From: TPA_inf: Saccharomyces
Lineage: Eukaryota
Direction of reading: 5' to 3'
Assembly (NCBI GenBank): GCA_000146045.2
Contig: BK006945.2
Location: 192,001-256,000 of the forward strand
DNA: 64,000 nt
Position 1 is the first letter of the stretch; the number at the start of each line of letters is the position of its first letter. Below are positions 33,426 through 46,000 of this stretch, piece by piece. The notes below the pieces were generated by a model. It saw nothing but the letters and a program-made list of their open reading frames with translations, did not search any database and had not been told where the DNA came from. Both the position numbers and the translations under genes were made by a program.

Positions 33426-36400
33426 TTATTTGAATCTCTCGAGTGCTTTTTGAACCAATTGTGTGTTGTTTTCTCTGTCTAATTCCTTGAGTAAGCGTAT
33501 TAATTGGAAACACATGTCCCACGAATCGGTAGCTTTAATTGGGTCTGTGGCGTTTGCAGCACTTGTCACCAAAAGCTCTAAGACTTTAAGCATTAATTCT
33601 TCATCCTTCAATAAATTAGTGACAGATTTCTCTGACTTTTTTGTAGAGTTATCATTTAGAGCTTTGCTTTCCTCAGTCCCTAAATCTGATTTCTTAAAAT
33701 GTAGATCATCTCCCAAATCTTTCTCATCGTAATTTAAAAACACTAACAGAAGTACGCCAAGCATTTTAGCCTCATTTTCTTCGATACAGAGTGCTAATAA
33801 ATCTCTTGGTGTCATCTTTAGATTAGTGAATAGATGGTTCCAGTATTTAGTTTCGATCTTCCTTAAACAATTACTAATAATTTCTAACATACCACTGTGG
33901 GTTGGTGGTGAAATATTATGCTCAGGATCGGTGTTGTCATACATCTTAATTAATTTCAGGATATCATCCAAAGAGTCGCTTCGCAGTATTTTAGTAGACA
34001 AAATCTTTTCGAGTGCAAATTTGTAAGGCTTTAAAAAACGATAATTGTGTGAAATATCCTCCAAATCTGTGTTGTCTTCTAATTTGGCTAAGATTAATTG
34101 GTCGAGGTATATTTGGTGTTTCACCACCAATTTGGAAAATCGCGCGTTAAAAATGCAGTGAAGTGTATGTGTTGTAGCTGTTTCTGGGGTGGTTGATATT
34201 GGATACAAATCTTCTTCGATTGGAATGGAAACTAGTGGCTTTTTATCATCCCATAAATCTTCCAAAGAGTATACGACGTAATTATGGCCTTGAACTACAA
34301 ATATTTCGTCCCTGATAACATCGATTATTTTTTCTATGTTATCCAACAAAGTTAAGGTTTGCCAGCCCCCTCCATCCACTTTGCCAAGCTTTATAAATTT
34401 CCTATCGGCAAAAAATAACAAGCCCTCCTTCATGTTAATTATCCACTCAATTTTGTTGGGTAAAACATCAATTGGAATGTTAATTTTGAGATACTGGTAG
34501 AATTTTTTGATGATGTTTAATCCACATGGATGTACAGTAGAAATTACATCGAAGACAATTGTCTGTGTATCAGTAACTAAAATAATCTCGGCAGTTTTAA
34601 GCAATGCATCAGGTTGTTTTTCAGAAGCATTGTGATTCTTGGATTTCATTTTCAACAACTTATACCGGGATAAAGTATTAACATGTAAACTGAAAACAAT
34701 CGTATTCTCTGGAACATTGTATTCCCACATGACATAATCTGATAGTTCCACGTCCGGATTCGCTTCTTGCAGTGGAATCTGCAGACATTTCAGATTTGTT
34801 GAGCCATCATCATTCTTCATATGACAAACCAAATAATTATCACCTAGCCAATGTAAATCCAACACGTTTTGGTCAGCAAAACTAGACCACATATTGGTCT
34901 CTAGATTGTGGATAAGCAGTATGTTTTTGTTCGACACATAAGTAGCAAATAACCTCAAGGAAGAATTAATTTTTACAAAAGCAATATGATTATTGAAAGT
35001 CTTTGTAGGAAGTTTTATGACTTGTAAATTATCATTATTGATTGAAGAACTTGTCACAGGTGAATATATGATTACATCATTGTTCGTATTGGTTAATACG
35101 TAACATTTTGGGTTTCTGAAATCAAATTGTGTTTGTTTTATTTCTTCCCATAATTTCCAAACTTGATATTTTCCGGAATGAGACACTGTTATTAGTGATT
35201 TATCCAAGCATACAAAATCAGAAATTTTATATTCAGCCGCCTTTTTCTCATTTTTATCCTTGCTGTTGTCATTATTGTTATCACCATTATAATCATCTTC
35301 GTCAAAATATGTAGCGAATAGCAGATTCCCAAATTCTGTGTAAAAATGAATGTTAACACTATCCTCAGAAACCAAAAGTAATATTTTATCATTAATTTTA
35401 TCGCAAAGTTTTATCACAAATGGTGGTTTCCAAGAATGGCTTACTTTTTTAATTCTTGTATCAAAGCAGATTATTTTTTCTTTGTAAACGACCACCAGGT
35501 ATCCATTAACTTCTAGGCAAGTCAAAAGTTCATCTGGTGTGTCCGTTAACGGTATTGCTTCAACAGCTTGCTTTTCAATGTCTATAATGCTTACAATAGT
35601 CTGCTTTTCGACGGAATCATGAGATAAAACCATTAATTGTTTATTACACACAATTGTCTTGGATCCCTTCTTCACTTCAACCAACGAGCTCTTGCTAACT
35701 TTAAAATCCGATATTGTAAGTATTTGTAATCCATGAGGGAATAAAACTATCAAAACTTCTTCATAACGCCCATCCCCGACTTTGGAAAATGTCTTGATGC
35801 CAATCATGTCTATGATTTCATAGTCAAATTTAAGAACTACTTTTAAACGAAGTTCTAGTTTTTTCACGGGGAGTTCATCAATGTTTTCTTGATTAGAAAG
35901 AAAGTGTAAAAACCCTTTTTCCTTAGTTATGCCAAATCCATTCTGTATAATTCTTGAAGAACTATTTTTATCAAATACCGTGAGAGTATCATCATCGTTG
36001 TTATAGTCATATTCAGCACTGTTCGCTTCTTCTTCACTCATTAAAAGAGGCTCTATGACGGGTATGCCGTATTCTTTGAAAATTATTTCATTTGTGCAGT
36101 TTTTTAAAATTTGGTATGTTAAAAGGAAGTTTTTATCAGTCATTACGTAAAATATCAGCTTTCCCTGGTGCCACAATAAGTATTGCGAGTCCTTTTTTGA
36201 AATAAGCCCTTCGATGATATCATTATATGGAGCTGATCGTTTCATTGATCTGTTATCGCCAAATTCCTTAAGAGAAGCCATTGTTCGTTCATGGCTAGCT
36301 ACTAGTGCCATTGGTTTGAAGTTGTAAATGAGCACTCTTGTTGGGGTTAGCATGATAAGAACATTGGCCTGGGGTAGTGTCATTGATTGAAGAATATTGC

Positions 36401-36596
36401 AATCATCTATTTTAGTACCCTCACCTAATTCGGCGTTGCGGGGTGGAATTCTAAGCAATTGGGGCGGACTGACTGGCCATAAGTGCATTTTCCACGTGTT
36501 CAGTTTCTTACAGCTTCCGGTCAATAACACTCTTACCTTACCTTTTTTTTTGTAGAGGCATTTAGGTGTATTTTTTTCAGACTGTTTGATGAACAT
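33426..36596 (-). CDS. RIC1: Ric1, a subunit of the Ric1-Rgp1 guanine-nucleotide exchange factor for the Ypt6 GTPase
   Basis: The ORF-track start at 36677 is not an ATG. The first ATG, at 36594-36596 ([13 protein letters not shown]...), gives 1056 aa, the known RIC1 length. The protein is a large WD-repeat-like protein. Confidence 0.85.
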
Positions 36597-36907
36597 CAAA
36601 GGCGTCGGTATTGCCGAATTAACATCAAAGAACAAAAGCCTGCCATAAAACGACAGAAAAGACAAGATTTTGGCCAAGATGGCAACGCCATTCAGAAGTT
36701 ATAATAATATGTTAAAAATAAATCGTTTGATACTGTACAAAGTTGATGTTCATCGTTGTCACTAAAAACGCTCTTAAAATCGAATTGTCCATTGAAAAAG
36801 TACATACTTATATACATATTTGTATAAATAATACACATATTATAAAAAAAGCGAAAAGGGATGGCGGACCTCCCATGGAATTAAATTGTCAAATTTGGTT
36901 GAGGCAC

Positions 36908-37582
36908 TTAAAGGGCAACTGCAAAGATTCCGAACAACGCCATGGGGAAATATAAGCTTTTGGCATGGGCACCATTCTGTGATTGACTAGTTCTGGATGT
37001 TGAAGAAGAGTTTGATGCGGATATAAGTGCTGTTGTACTGTTTTCTTCATTAGCCATGGAAATCATGGACTGGCCTGCGTTCGCTGTCGAGAAAGGAACA
37101 GAATTGGAAACGGAGTTTTTTTGGCTGGCATAAGATGAGTTAGTCATGGTAGCTTCTGTCTCACCTGTTATGAAGTGTTGGGGAAGGTATATGGTGGTGG
37201 CGGAGGCTTTGTTTAGCAAAGAGGTATACCATGGAAAGGCCGTAATGAATGTTTGGAATTGAGTGAACGGAAAACTCTGAGCAATATCAGATTGTAAATC
37301 TGCTGTTGAGGCCAAATCAACCATGTGATAGTAGTAGTCAGCAACAGGTTGAGGTAGGGTTAAATGGTTTTGCATCATGTATGAGGTATACTGTGGAAAA
37401 GCGGTGTCGAAATCGTTTAAAAACTCCATGAAGAATGCCATGTCTGCATCTGCAGCTGCGGACCTGGCAAGTGTATCGTCATTGGAACTAGACGTTAAAG
37501 TTTTGGCAGCAAAACTGTGGCTGATTAGAAAGCTTACCAGGAGAATATTTTTAATGAGGGAGAAAGAAGGAGCAAATATCAT
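36908..37582 (-). CDS. AFB1: a-factor barrier protein, a Ser/Thr-rich GPI-anchored cell-wall protein
   Basis: 224 aa with ATG at 37580-37582. It has a signal peptide (MIFAPSFSLIKNILLVSFLISHSFA), a Ser-rich tract and a hydrophobic C-terminus that looks like a GPI signal. It matches YLR040C. Confidence 0.75.
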   Translation of the reverse strand: MIFAPSFSLIKNILLVSFLISHSFAAKTLTSSSNDDTLARSAAADADMAFFMEFLNDFDTAFPQYTSYMMQNHLTLPQPVADYYYHMVDLASTADLQSDIAQSFPFTQFQTFITAFPWYTSLLNKASATTIYLPQHFITGETEATMTNSSYASQKNSVSNSVPFSTANAGQSMISMANEENSTTALISASNSSSTSRTSQSQNGAHAKSLYFPMALFGIFAVAL

Positions 37583-37965
37583 TGATACGCAATATTTTCA
37601 GGAATGTTGTAAATGGTTCGTAACTGGATATCGAAATCACTTGATTAGAAACAATACGCCGGAATATGATCAGGTAAAGCAGAATAACAAAGAATAAACT
37701 TTCTCGATTGAGAGTGTCTTTTTAAATCATCCAAGCTCTTGAATTTTCTAGCATAGCCTTGGATGACAGCAATAAAAAATTTGCCAGGATTTTTCCCTAT
37801 TTGGGCGTTCAATGAAGATAACGTTTGAAATATTAAAAACTAAAAAAAGAAAAAGGTTTGAAGCAATTAATAATTTATTAAGTTTTTTTTTATTTATCAT
37901 ACTTAAGAATATGGAGACCACGGGTTTTCTTACACCTGCGAAGACCTTGAACCTAATATATTTGT

Positions 37966-38451
37966 TTAAGAAAACAAATAAGCGATTGTTTCTAACATTA
38001 AAACGAAGTAAAGACATGGCTTGACTGAACCTACACCTCCTGTGCTTGTACTTGAACTTATAGTATTAGTTGTTTGAGAGCTTTTTGTTTCATTTCTCGA
38101 CGAAGAAGGCAATGGCGTGAACTGGGTGACTACCGTAGAATTTGAGGATTGGTAATTTATAGATGTTATGACGCTGGAAGTGACTTTTGGTATAGACGAC
38201 GATGATGAAGAACCGGTGAAATTAGCAGCAGCTAATGAACCAGTAATAATGCTGGAAGAGGTGGTGCTTGGAAGATGAAGTAGTTGATCGTTAGAATTTC
38301 CAGTGTCAAGAAAGGTGTATTGCACTTTCTGTCCAAGGGCAGTATTCAAATCCTGAGCATTTGAATCTGTGAGAAGTTGCGCTTGAACAATGAACAGTTG
38401 TAGTAGCACAATTGGGGCGAAAGCTAAAGAGCCAAATTGACTGATCTTCAT
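37966..38451 (-). CDS. small secreted Ser/Thr-rich cell-wall protein YLR042C, 161 aa
   Basis: It has a signal peptide (MKISQFGSLAFAPIVLLQLFIVQA), then S/T-rich sequence, then a hydrophobic C-terminus (GPI-like). Length and position match YLR042C. Confidence 0.7.
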   Translation of the reverse strand: MKISQFGSLAFAPIVLLQLFIVQAQLLTDSNAQDLNTALGQKVQYTFLDTGNSNDQLLHLPSTTSSSIITGSLAAANFTGSSSSSSIPKVTSSVITSINYQSSNSTVVTQFTPLPSSSRNETKSSQTTNTISSSTSTGGVGSVKPCLYFVLMLETIAYLFS

Positions 38452-39701
38452 ATTTTTTTTGATTTGTTGACGAGCTATAGGATGATGAAACGGAGGGATA
38501 TCAAAGTACGTTCTTCAAGCTTACAATTTCTCAAGGTGCTTTACTGGTCAAGATATTCAATATATAGCTAAATATTTATACAAAATGTTTGTTGACGGTT
38601 TGTTTATAGTGTTTTCAAAACACCACGAAAAGACTTCATTCTTGCATTCTTTTTTCTACAAGATGAGTCTATACATCTGAAACTGCGACGCCATTTTTTC
38701 CGCTGTTCGGGGCATTCTTGGCCAAATCCTCGAAAGAAATAAAACGTCAAAAGTAAAAAAGGTGGGCTAGACGAAACGTTATTATACGTCATAATTGTAG
38801 CCGTGTATGAGTGGGTGGAACTTGTATAAATAAACAAGTTCTTACTTATCATATTCTCGCATGCAATGAAATTCTCCAGATTATGACGCTTAGGTCTGGC
38901 CAGACGGCTAATGAGGTCCAGAGGAAATAGAAGGATTGTAAGCGGCCTCCACTAAATTTTGACCCCTCATACATGCTTGTTCAAACACAAAAGATTGAGG
39001 TTGAAAACTTGGCAAGAATTGGGCTAGGAGAAAGTGGCCAGGTGCTTCTTGTTCAGAACCAAGCAGATATGCTAGCACAATGTGCACCGTTCTATTTTTT
39101 TCTATAGTGTGTTTACATTTCTTGGCACATTGCGTTCGGTTTCAAATTTGTATAATTATTATTGGAGCGAGACAGGCGTTTCTGTACCGCTGTTATTTTT
39201 AACATCCACTGCGTTTTATGTATCTCTAAAATTGTGCGTTGCCTTTCTTTTGTTTATATTTTTGTTCAAAAAATGAGTTAATAATGATTTTTCATCTTCG
39301 GCTTACCGGTCTTGAAAATATTTGTTAAGACAACAGTGGATAAAATAAAACTAAACAACTCAAGCAAAAGTATTCCACTTCTTAAACAAAGCCCAACTGA
39401 AAGGTTGCGAAATACTATGTCATTTTGATTTAATCATCTAATGCTCGAGAAAATTTCAGAGCCGTAATACTTAAGTAATCGGAAGAAAAGTATCTCATTC
39501 TTCATTTTTCTCCAAATATATACCTCTTGTGTGAAAAATTAATTGTTTCCTCCACCTCCTTTGTGTGGTGGGCAATTGTGTGCTTCCGAGTAAATAACAA
39601 AACATAAGGATAATATATAATTCTGTTTTTTTGTCTAAAAAAGGTAAACTATATATAACAAACACAGTATAGAAACACAATATATCGGTCATTGGGTGAG
39701 T

Positions 39702-40013
39702 TTAAGCATTAGCAGCAATGGCTTGCTTAATAGCCGCTGGGTTGGCACCAACAACCTTTGCAACTTCCTTACCGTTCTTGAATAGAAGCAAAGTTGGCAT
39801 AGCGGAAACTTCATTCTTTTGTGCAACATCACCCAATTCATCGACATCCAATTTATAGAAATCAGCTTGTGGGTATTGTTCAGAGAATTTTTCAATCATT
39901 GGAGCAATCATTTTACATGGACCGCACCAAGTGGCGTAGAAATCTACGACAACTAGCTTGTCTTGAGCAATTGCAGAGTCGAATTCGCTGGCAGTTTTGA
40001 ATTGAGTAACCAT
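39702..40013 (-). CDS. TRX1: cytoplasmic thioredoxin 1
   Basis: 103 aa, MVTQFKTASEFDSAIAQDKLVVVDFYATWCGPCKMIAP..., with the WCGPC active site. I recognise the sequence. Confidence 0.93.
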   Translation of the reverse strand: MVTQFKTASEFDSAIAQDKLVVVDFYATWCGPCKMIAPMIEKFSEQYPQADFYKLDVDELGDVAQKNEVSAMPTLLLFKNGKEVAKVVGANPAAIKQAIAANA

Positions 40014-40389
40014 TATTTGTATCGAGGTGTCTAGTCTTCTATTACACTAATGCAGTTTCAGGGTTTTGGAAACCACACTGTTTAAACAGTGTTCCTTAAT
40101 CAAGGATACCTCTTTTTTTTTCCTTGGTTCCACTAATTCATCGGTTTTTTTTTTGGAAGACATCTTTTCCAACGAAAAGAATATACATATCGTTTAAGAG
40201 AAATTCTCCAAATTTGTAAAGAAGCGGACCCAGACTTAAGCCTAACCAGGCCAATTCAACAGACTGTCGGCAACTTCTTGTCTGGTCTTTCCATGGTAAG
40301 TGACAGTGCAGTAATAATATGAACCAATTTATTTTTCGTTACATAAAAATGCTTATAAAACTTTAACTAATAATTAGAGATTAAATCGC

Positions 40390-42081
40390 TTATTGCTTAG
40401 CGTTGGTAGCAGCAGTCAACTTAGCTTGTTCAACCAAGTTTTGTGGAGCATCGAAGACTGGCAACATGATTTCAATCATTCTGATCTTAGAGTTGTCGTT
40501 GAAAGACTTGTCTTGGGTCAACTTGTCCCATTCACCGGTGGTAGCGACTCTGTGGGTTTCATAGTCCTTAGCACCGAAAGTTGGCAACAAGGATAGGTGG
40601 TCCCAACCTTGAATTTCGTTGTATTGAGCCTTTGGACCGTGAATCAACTTTTCAATGGTGTAACCATCGTTGTTCAAGACGAACAAGTATGGCTTCAAGC
40701 CCCATCTGATCATGGTGGAGATTTCTTGAACAGTCAATTGCAAAGAACCGTCACCAATGAATAAGATAACTCTCTTCTTTGGATCAATTTCTTCAGCAGC
40801 GAAAGCAGCACCCAAGGTAGCACCAGTGGTGAAACCAATGGAACCCCATAAGACTTGAGAGATACCGTAGGTGTTGTTTGGGAAAGTGGTTTGGTTGATA
40901 CCGAAAGCGGAGGTACCGGTTTCAGCAATGACAACATCACCTTCTTGCAAGAAGTTACCCAATTGGTTCCACATCCATTCTTGCTTCAATGGGGTAGAAG
41001 CTGGGACAGCAGCGTTAGCTGGAGTTCTAGCTGGGACAGCAACTGGCTTGTAACCCTTAGCGGCGTCAGCAATAGTGGTCAACAACTTTTGCAAAACGAA
41101 TTTCATTTGGACACCTGGGAAAGTGGCGTTTCTGATCTTCATGTGGTCGGAGTGGAATTCGACAATGTTCTTGGTCTTGTAAGAGTAAGAGAAAGAACCG
41201 GTGTTGAAATCAGACAACAAAGCACCGACAGACAAAATCAAGTCAGCAGATTCAACGGCTTCCTTAACTTCTGGCTTGGACAAGGTACCGACGTAAACAC
41301 CACCGTATCTTGGGTGTTGTTCGTCAATGGAACCCTTACCCATTGGGGTGACGAAAGCTGGGAATTGAGTCAAGTCAATCAACTTCTTAGTTTCAGCCTT
41401 GACGTCGTGTCTGGAACAACAAGCATCAGCCAAGATAACTGGGTTCTTAGCATCCTTGACCAAAGCCAAGATGGTGTCAATGACTTCCTTTTCGGATTCA
41501 GCATCGTTTGGCTTCAAAGACATGTCAATTGGAGTTTGCAACAACTTAGCTGGGACGTTCAAGTCGACCAAGTTAGCTGGCAAACCTAAGTAGACTGGTC
41601 TTTGGGTGACGTAAGTGGTTCTGATACATCTGTCAATTTCAGCTGGGGCGGTAGCAATGTCAGTGATCATAGCAGTGGTTTCAGAAATGTTGGCAGACAT
41701 TCTGTGGAAAACAGTGAAGTCACCGTTACCCAAGGTGTGGTGCAACAACAATTGCTTAGCTTGAGCAGAGATGGATGGGACACCAACAACGTGCAAAACA
41801 CCGACGTGTTCAGCGTAAGAACCGGCAATACCGTTCAAAGCAGACAATTCACCGACACCGAAGGTGGTGATGATACAAGACATACCCTTGATACGAGCGT
41901 AACCATCAGCGGCGTAAGCAGCGTTCAATTCGTTGGCGTTACCAGCCCATCTCATACCTTCAACTTCGTAGATCTTGTCCAACAAGGACAAGTTGAAGTC
42001 ACCTGGCAAACCGAAAACGGTGTTAACGTTGACTTGCTTTAATCTTTCGAACAAATATTTACCCAAAGTAATTTCAGACAT
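40390..42081 (-). CDS. PDC1: pyruvate decarboxylase isozyme 1
   Basis: 563 aa, MSEITLGKYLFERLKQVNVNTVFGLPGDFNLSLLDKIYEVEGMRWAGNANELNAAYAADGYARIKG..., with a thiamine-diphosphate-binding motif (GDGSLQLTVQEISTMIRW). Extreme codon bias leaves the antisense frames open. I recognise the sequence. Confidence 0.95.
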   Translation of the reverse strand: MSEITLGKYLFERLKQVNVNTVFGLPGDFNLSLLDKIYEVEGMRWAGNANELNAAYAADGYARIKGMSCIITTFGVGELSALNGIAGSYAEHVGVLHVVGVPSISAQAKQLLLHHTLGNGDFTVFHRMSANISETTAMITDIATAPAEIDRCIRTTYVTQRPVYLGLPANLVDLNVPAKLLQTPIDMSLKPNDAESEKEVIDTILALVKDAKNPVILADACCSRHDVKAETKKLIDLTQFPAFVTPMGKGSIDEQHPRYGGVYVGTLSKPEVKEAVESADLILSVGALLSDFNTGSFSYSYKTKNIVEFHSDHMKIRNATFPGVQMKFVLQKLLTTIADAAKGYKPVAVPARTPANAAVPASTPLKQEWMWNQLGNFLQEGDVVIAETGTSAFGINQTTFPNNTYGISQVLWGSIGFTTGATLGAAFAAEEIDPKKRVILFIGDGSLQLTVQEISTMIRWGLKPYLFVLNNDGYTIEKLIHGPKAQYNEIQGWDHLSLLPTFGAKDYETHRVATTGEWDKLTQDKSFNDNSKIRMIEIMLPVFDAPQNLVEQAKLTAATNAKQ

Positions 42082-43036
42082 TTTGATTGATTTGACTGTG
42101 TTATTTTGCGTGAGGTTATGAGTAGAAAATAATAATTGAGAAAGGAATATGACAAGAAATATGAAAATAAAGGGAACAAACCCAAATCTGATTGCAAGGA
42201 GAGTGAAAGAGCCTTGTTTATATATTTTTTTTTCCTATGTTCAACGAGGACAGCTAGGTTTATGCAAAAATGTGCCATCACCATAAGCTGATTCAAATGA
42301 GCTAAAAAAAAAATAGTTAGAAAATAAGGTGGTGTTGAACGATAGCAAGTAGATCAAGACACCGTCTAACAGAAAAAGGGGCAGCGGACAATATTATGCA
42401 ATTATGAAGAAAAGTACTCAAAGGGTCGGAAAAATATTCAAACGATATTTGCATAAAATCCTCAATTGATTGATTATTCCATAGTAAAATACCGTAACAA
42501 CACAAAATTGTTCTCAAATTCATAAATTATTCATTTTTTCCACGAGCCTCATCACACGAAAAGTCAGAAGAGCATACATAATCTTTTAAATGCATAGGTT
42601 ATGCATTTTGCAAATGCCACCAGGCAACAAAAATATGCGTTTAGCGGGCGGAATCGGGAAGGAAGCCGGAACCACCAAAAACTGGAAGCTACGTTTTTAA
42701 GGAAGGTATGGGTGCAGTGTGCTTATCTCAAGAAATATTAGTTATGATATAAGGTGTTGAAGTTTAGAGATAGGTAAATAAACGCGGGGTGTGTTTATTA
42801 CATGAAGAAGAAGTTAGTTTCTGCCTTGCTTGTTTATCTTGCACATCACATCAGCGGAACATATGCTCACCCAGTCGCATGTTGTTACCCTCATGAAACA
42901 TGTATGAGATATTACTTTGAATAGGTTACTTGCATGCATTTCGGCGTGCGGGTACCACCTCTTTGCATGAGCTTGTTCCTTTTTCAAGTTGAAGACTATA
43001 TATTTTATTGAGTTTATGTTATGGGGAGGCTACCCT

Positions 43037-45703
43037 TTACGTCCTGGTTGTCCCTTCCCGCCTTGATTTGGCCTTCATTTTTTCAATTCTGGCCTTTAGG
43101 GTAGATGTCACTGCAGCGGCACGTTTATAACTTTCTTCTGAGGCAAAACTATCGTTGAAATCGATATCCAAATCGTCGGAGACACTGCTCACTCCAGTGC
43201 CGTTTTTTCTGTACGGCCGTATGTTAAGAGAGTTTACGCGGTGCGGCAGGTCGCCGATGGACTCGCTTGATCTTCTTTCATAGTTGACGTCCTCTTTCCT
43301 TCTGACATCTTCCTCCTCCTTAAATGGCAAAGCGGAAGATAAAGATTTTACCCCATAGTTGCTTGACACGGTGGAAGAAGGTATGGAGTATGATGAAATC
43401 GTACCCATCGATTGCAAGTTTGTATCATTTCTTTTCTTATTTCTATCCAATTCGATCTCCATGTTTCTAAGCTCGTTTTCTAGTGACAGTACTCTATCAG
43501 ACAGCTTATTGACATCAATCTCCTTGGATCTTAATTGAATGTTCTTTTCGTTCAATTTAGACTGCGCTTCCTTTAGTTGCTCTCTTAGCATTTCGTTTTC
43601 TTTAATCATTTCGATCTTATAATTTTCTGTATTATTCATCTTTTCCAATAGGCTTTGTCTTTCTTTGGTCCATATCATCTCATCATTTTGTAGTTTTTGC
43701 AGTCTGTACTTGTATTCTTCAATCAACTTTTCATTCTTGTCAGTGCTATTAGCTACTACGTTTTTTGGCGTTGCCAAAGACTTAGACGTCAACAGGACCC
43801 TCGATTTATTGTTAGCAGCTACCATTGATGGTTTTGATGCGGAGGCTACTGACCCTATTGGGTTCACTTTACTTTTGTTATCATTTCTCAGCGGTGAAGA
43901 TGCCACTCTCTTGGAGGGAAGTACAGAACTTTTTTTCAGGAGAAATTTATTCTCCATTGGCCCAGTTTGTTTATTCGTTTCAATAGTGCTATGGGTACTA
44001 CCACTTGCAATACTGAAATTAGGTAGAGTTTTGACCGTTTCTTCAATTTTTTTCCTTTTCAAATTATCCAAGTGCTCTAATGTTTTCACAAAGGTATTCA
44101 TGCCAAATATTTTAATTAGAATGGCGAAACTCTCAAATCCAATAGTTCTTATAGCAGGTTGGGTGTCGTTGACGATCTGAATCACAATTGGTACCACTTC
44201 ATCCTTCAAGTATCTTTGCAGGGTCGAGTATCCATCTTTTTCTTCTTTCATGCTTGCATTAAACAATTGCGTACACTCCATTCTGATTTGAGGTGTCTTG
44301 TGCTTCATATGCTCCAAAATATCTTTCAACATATCTTCATTGCGTCCACTGGAGGCTAATGGATCGTAATACTTGCAGATGGTTAATAATGCCTTCCTAA
44401 TGGCCTCTATCACAGAAGGTTTCTTTTCCTTTGTCCTGTCTAACAAGGGAGTGAAGACTAGTGAAACATAATCCTTGGAAAAGCCTGGTGTTTTTAGTTT
44501 GTCGCAGATTAATTCTACTGATTGAGCGGCTAGTGCAACAGCTTGAATGTTTGCATCTTTCTGGATAATATGGCCATATATCCCCAATAAGTTGGAATAA
44601 TTTTGCGAGGTGCTTTTTAACTTCTTAGTCTGCGATAGAACACTATCCCAAAATTCTTCCAGCGCTTCCACTCTATCTTTCCATTTGGACGACGTTATCC
44701 TTTCCTGGAAGTCCTTAGGCAGTTTATCGAGGATCGTCTCCTCCGGTAGCATACTGAAGGTGTCTATTTGAACTCCACTTTGCTGTTTTGATGGTGGCAT
44801 ATCCGTTTCCATCCCCATCAATGTATCTCCATCCTTATCTATCTGATATTCCCCCTCATCATTCGATAATATGGACTTTCTTTTCCTGGCTTCCTCCTCT
44901 TGGCTTCTTTTCTTTTCCAATTCTCTTTTCTCCCACTCGAATAACATTTTCGATGACGATGGCTCGTCACCAACTTTTGCAAACAATTTATGAAGATCTT
45001 TCACTTGAATTGGTTTTAATTTTTTAAACAGTATCTCCTCTAACAAGTCGCTATTGTTGCCCGTAACCTTATAGATCTCGACAATCAAATTCATCGTTTG
45101 TGATCGAACGTTTCTATCACCATGACCGGCTAGTTGAGGTACGTGCTTTAATAATTCTGGTAGAAACGTTTGAACGTTCACATTAGTGAGCCCGAATGCA
45201 GCCATCAACTCATAAACACAATTGGCTGCCGCAGCAATTAATTTTGGCAGTTTTTTCTCGAAAAAGGGTATTACCAATTCCACCGATTGCGTAATAGATG
45301 TATCAAGACCACATAGTGAGAGTATACAGCTCATCGACTGCGTCTTCGTTGTAGCCCTTGAGGACGTTAAGCCCTTTTCCACAAGCAATGGTGTCCATGT
45401 TGATATTAAAGTAATATTATGTGCATTTTTCAAAGACGATGACGCAAAGGCATCTATTAAACTATTCAAGGCAACAATGGCTTGTTCTTGAGCGACCACA
45501 TTAGAATCAGTTATATATTGTGCAAATAATGTAGGATCCCTCCAGTAAATTTGTATGTTGTCATCCCTACTGATGTCGCCAACGGAGTTTCTAAAAAGCT
45601 GGTTTAACTCCTTATAAGCTTCTAAACGTGCCTTCCATAACTTGTACGTTAATCGCTCTTCTAGGGGTAACGTTGTATAATCTACTTCTTCTTCTCCTGA
45701 CAT
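43037..45703 (-). CDS. STU2: XMAP215/Dis1-family microtubule polymerase
   Basis: The first ATG is at 45701-45703 ([33 protein letters not shown]...), giving 888 aa. The ORF-track start is 4 codons upstream and is not an ATG. The protein has two N-terminal TOG domains and a C-terminal coiled coil. Confidence 0.88.
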
Positions 45704-45843
45704 AGTCAACTTCAAACTCTTTAATAAAAACTCAAAAATACTTTACACTGTAAAGATAGCTGTTTCTTTGTAGTTTAGTAATGCTATTTGGTCCCTAGGT
45801 CTGGTAGGTTCTTCATTTACTCTTCCTATGGAGTGTCAAGCAG

Positions 45844-45874
45844 ACAAAACAAAAACAAAAACAAAAACAAAAAC
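45844..45874 (+). repeat. hexanucleotide microsatellite (AAAAAC)n, about 5 units, in the STU2 5' flank
   Basis: ACAAAACAAAAACAAAAACAAAAACAAAAAC, read directly from the sequence. Confidence 0.9.
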
Positions 45875-46000
45875 GACACGAAAAAAAATAGATTCGTTAA
45901 CCATGATAATCTTTGCACCATATAAAGGAAAAGACAAGATTGACTTCTAATGCCCAGCACAAATATTATCCAACTATTTAATTAATAAATTTTTGACTAC

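Noticed and set aside
37377-37697. 106-aa plus-strand ORF overlapping AFB1 on the opposite strand (it corresponds to a 'dubious ORF' type annotation)
   Set aside because: It fully overlaps the well-supported AFB1 coding sequence in antisense and has no independent signals.
40855-42042. Long antisense ORFs (244 aa and 146 aa) on the plus strand inside PDC1, and similarly 10009-10596 (195 aa) antisense to RPL15A
   Set aside because: Both genes are extremely codon-biased, which leaves the antisense frames free of stop codons by chance. The translations are Ser/Val/Thr/Gly-rich nonsense with no domain features. I treat them as artefacts.
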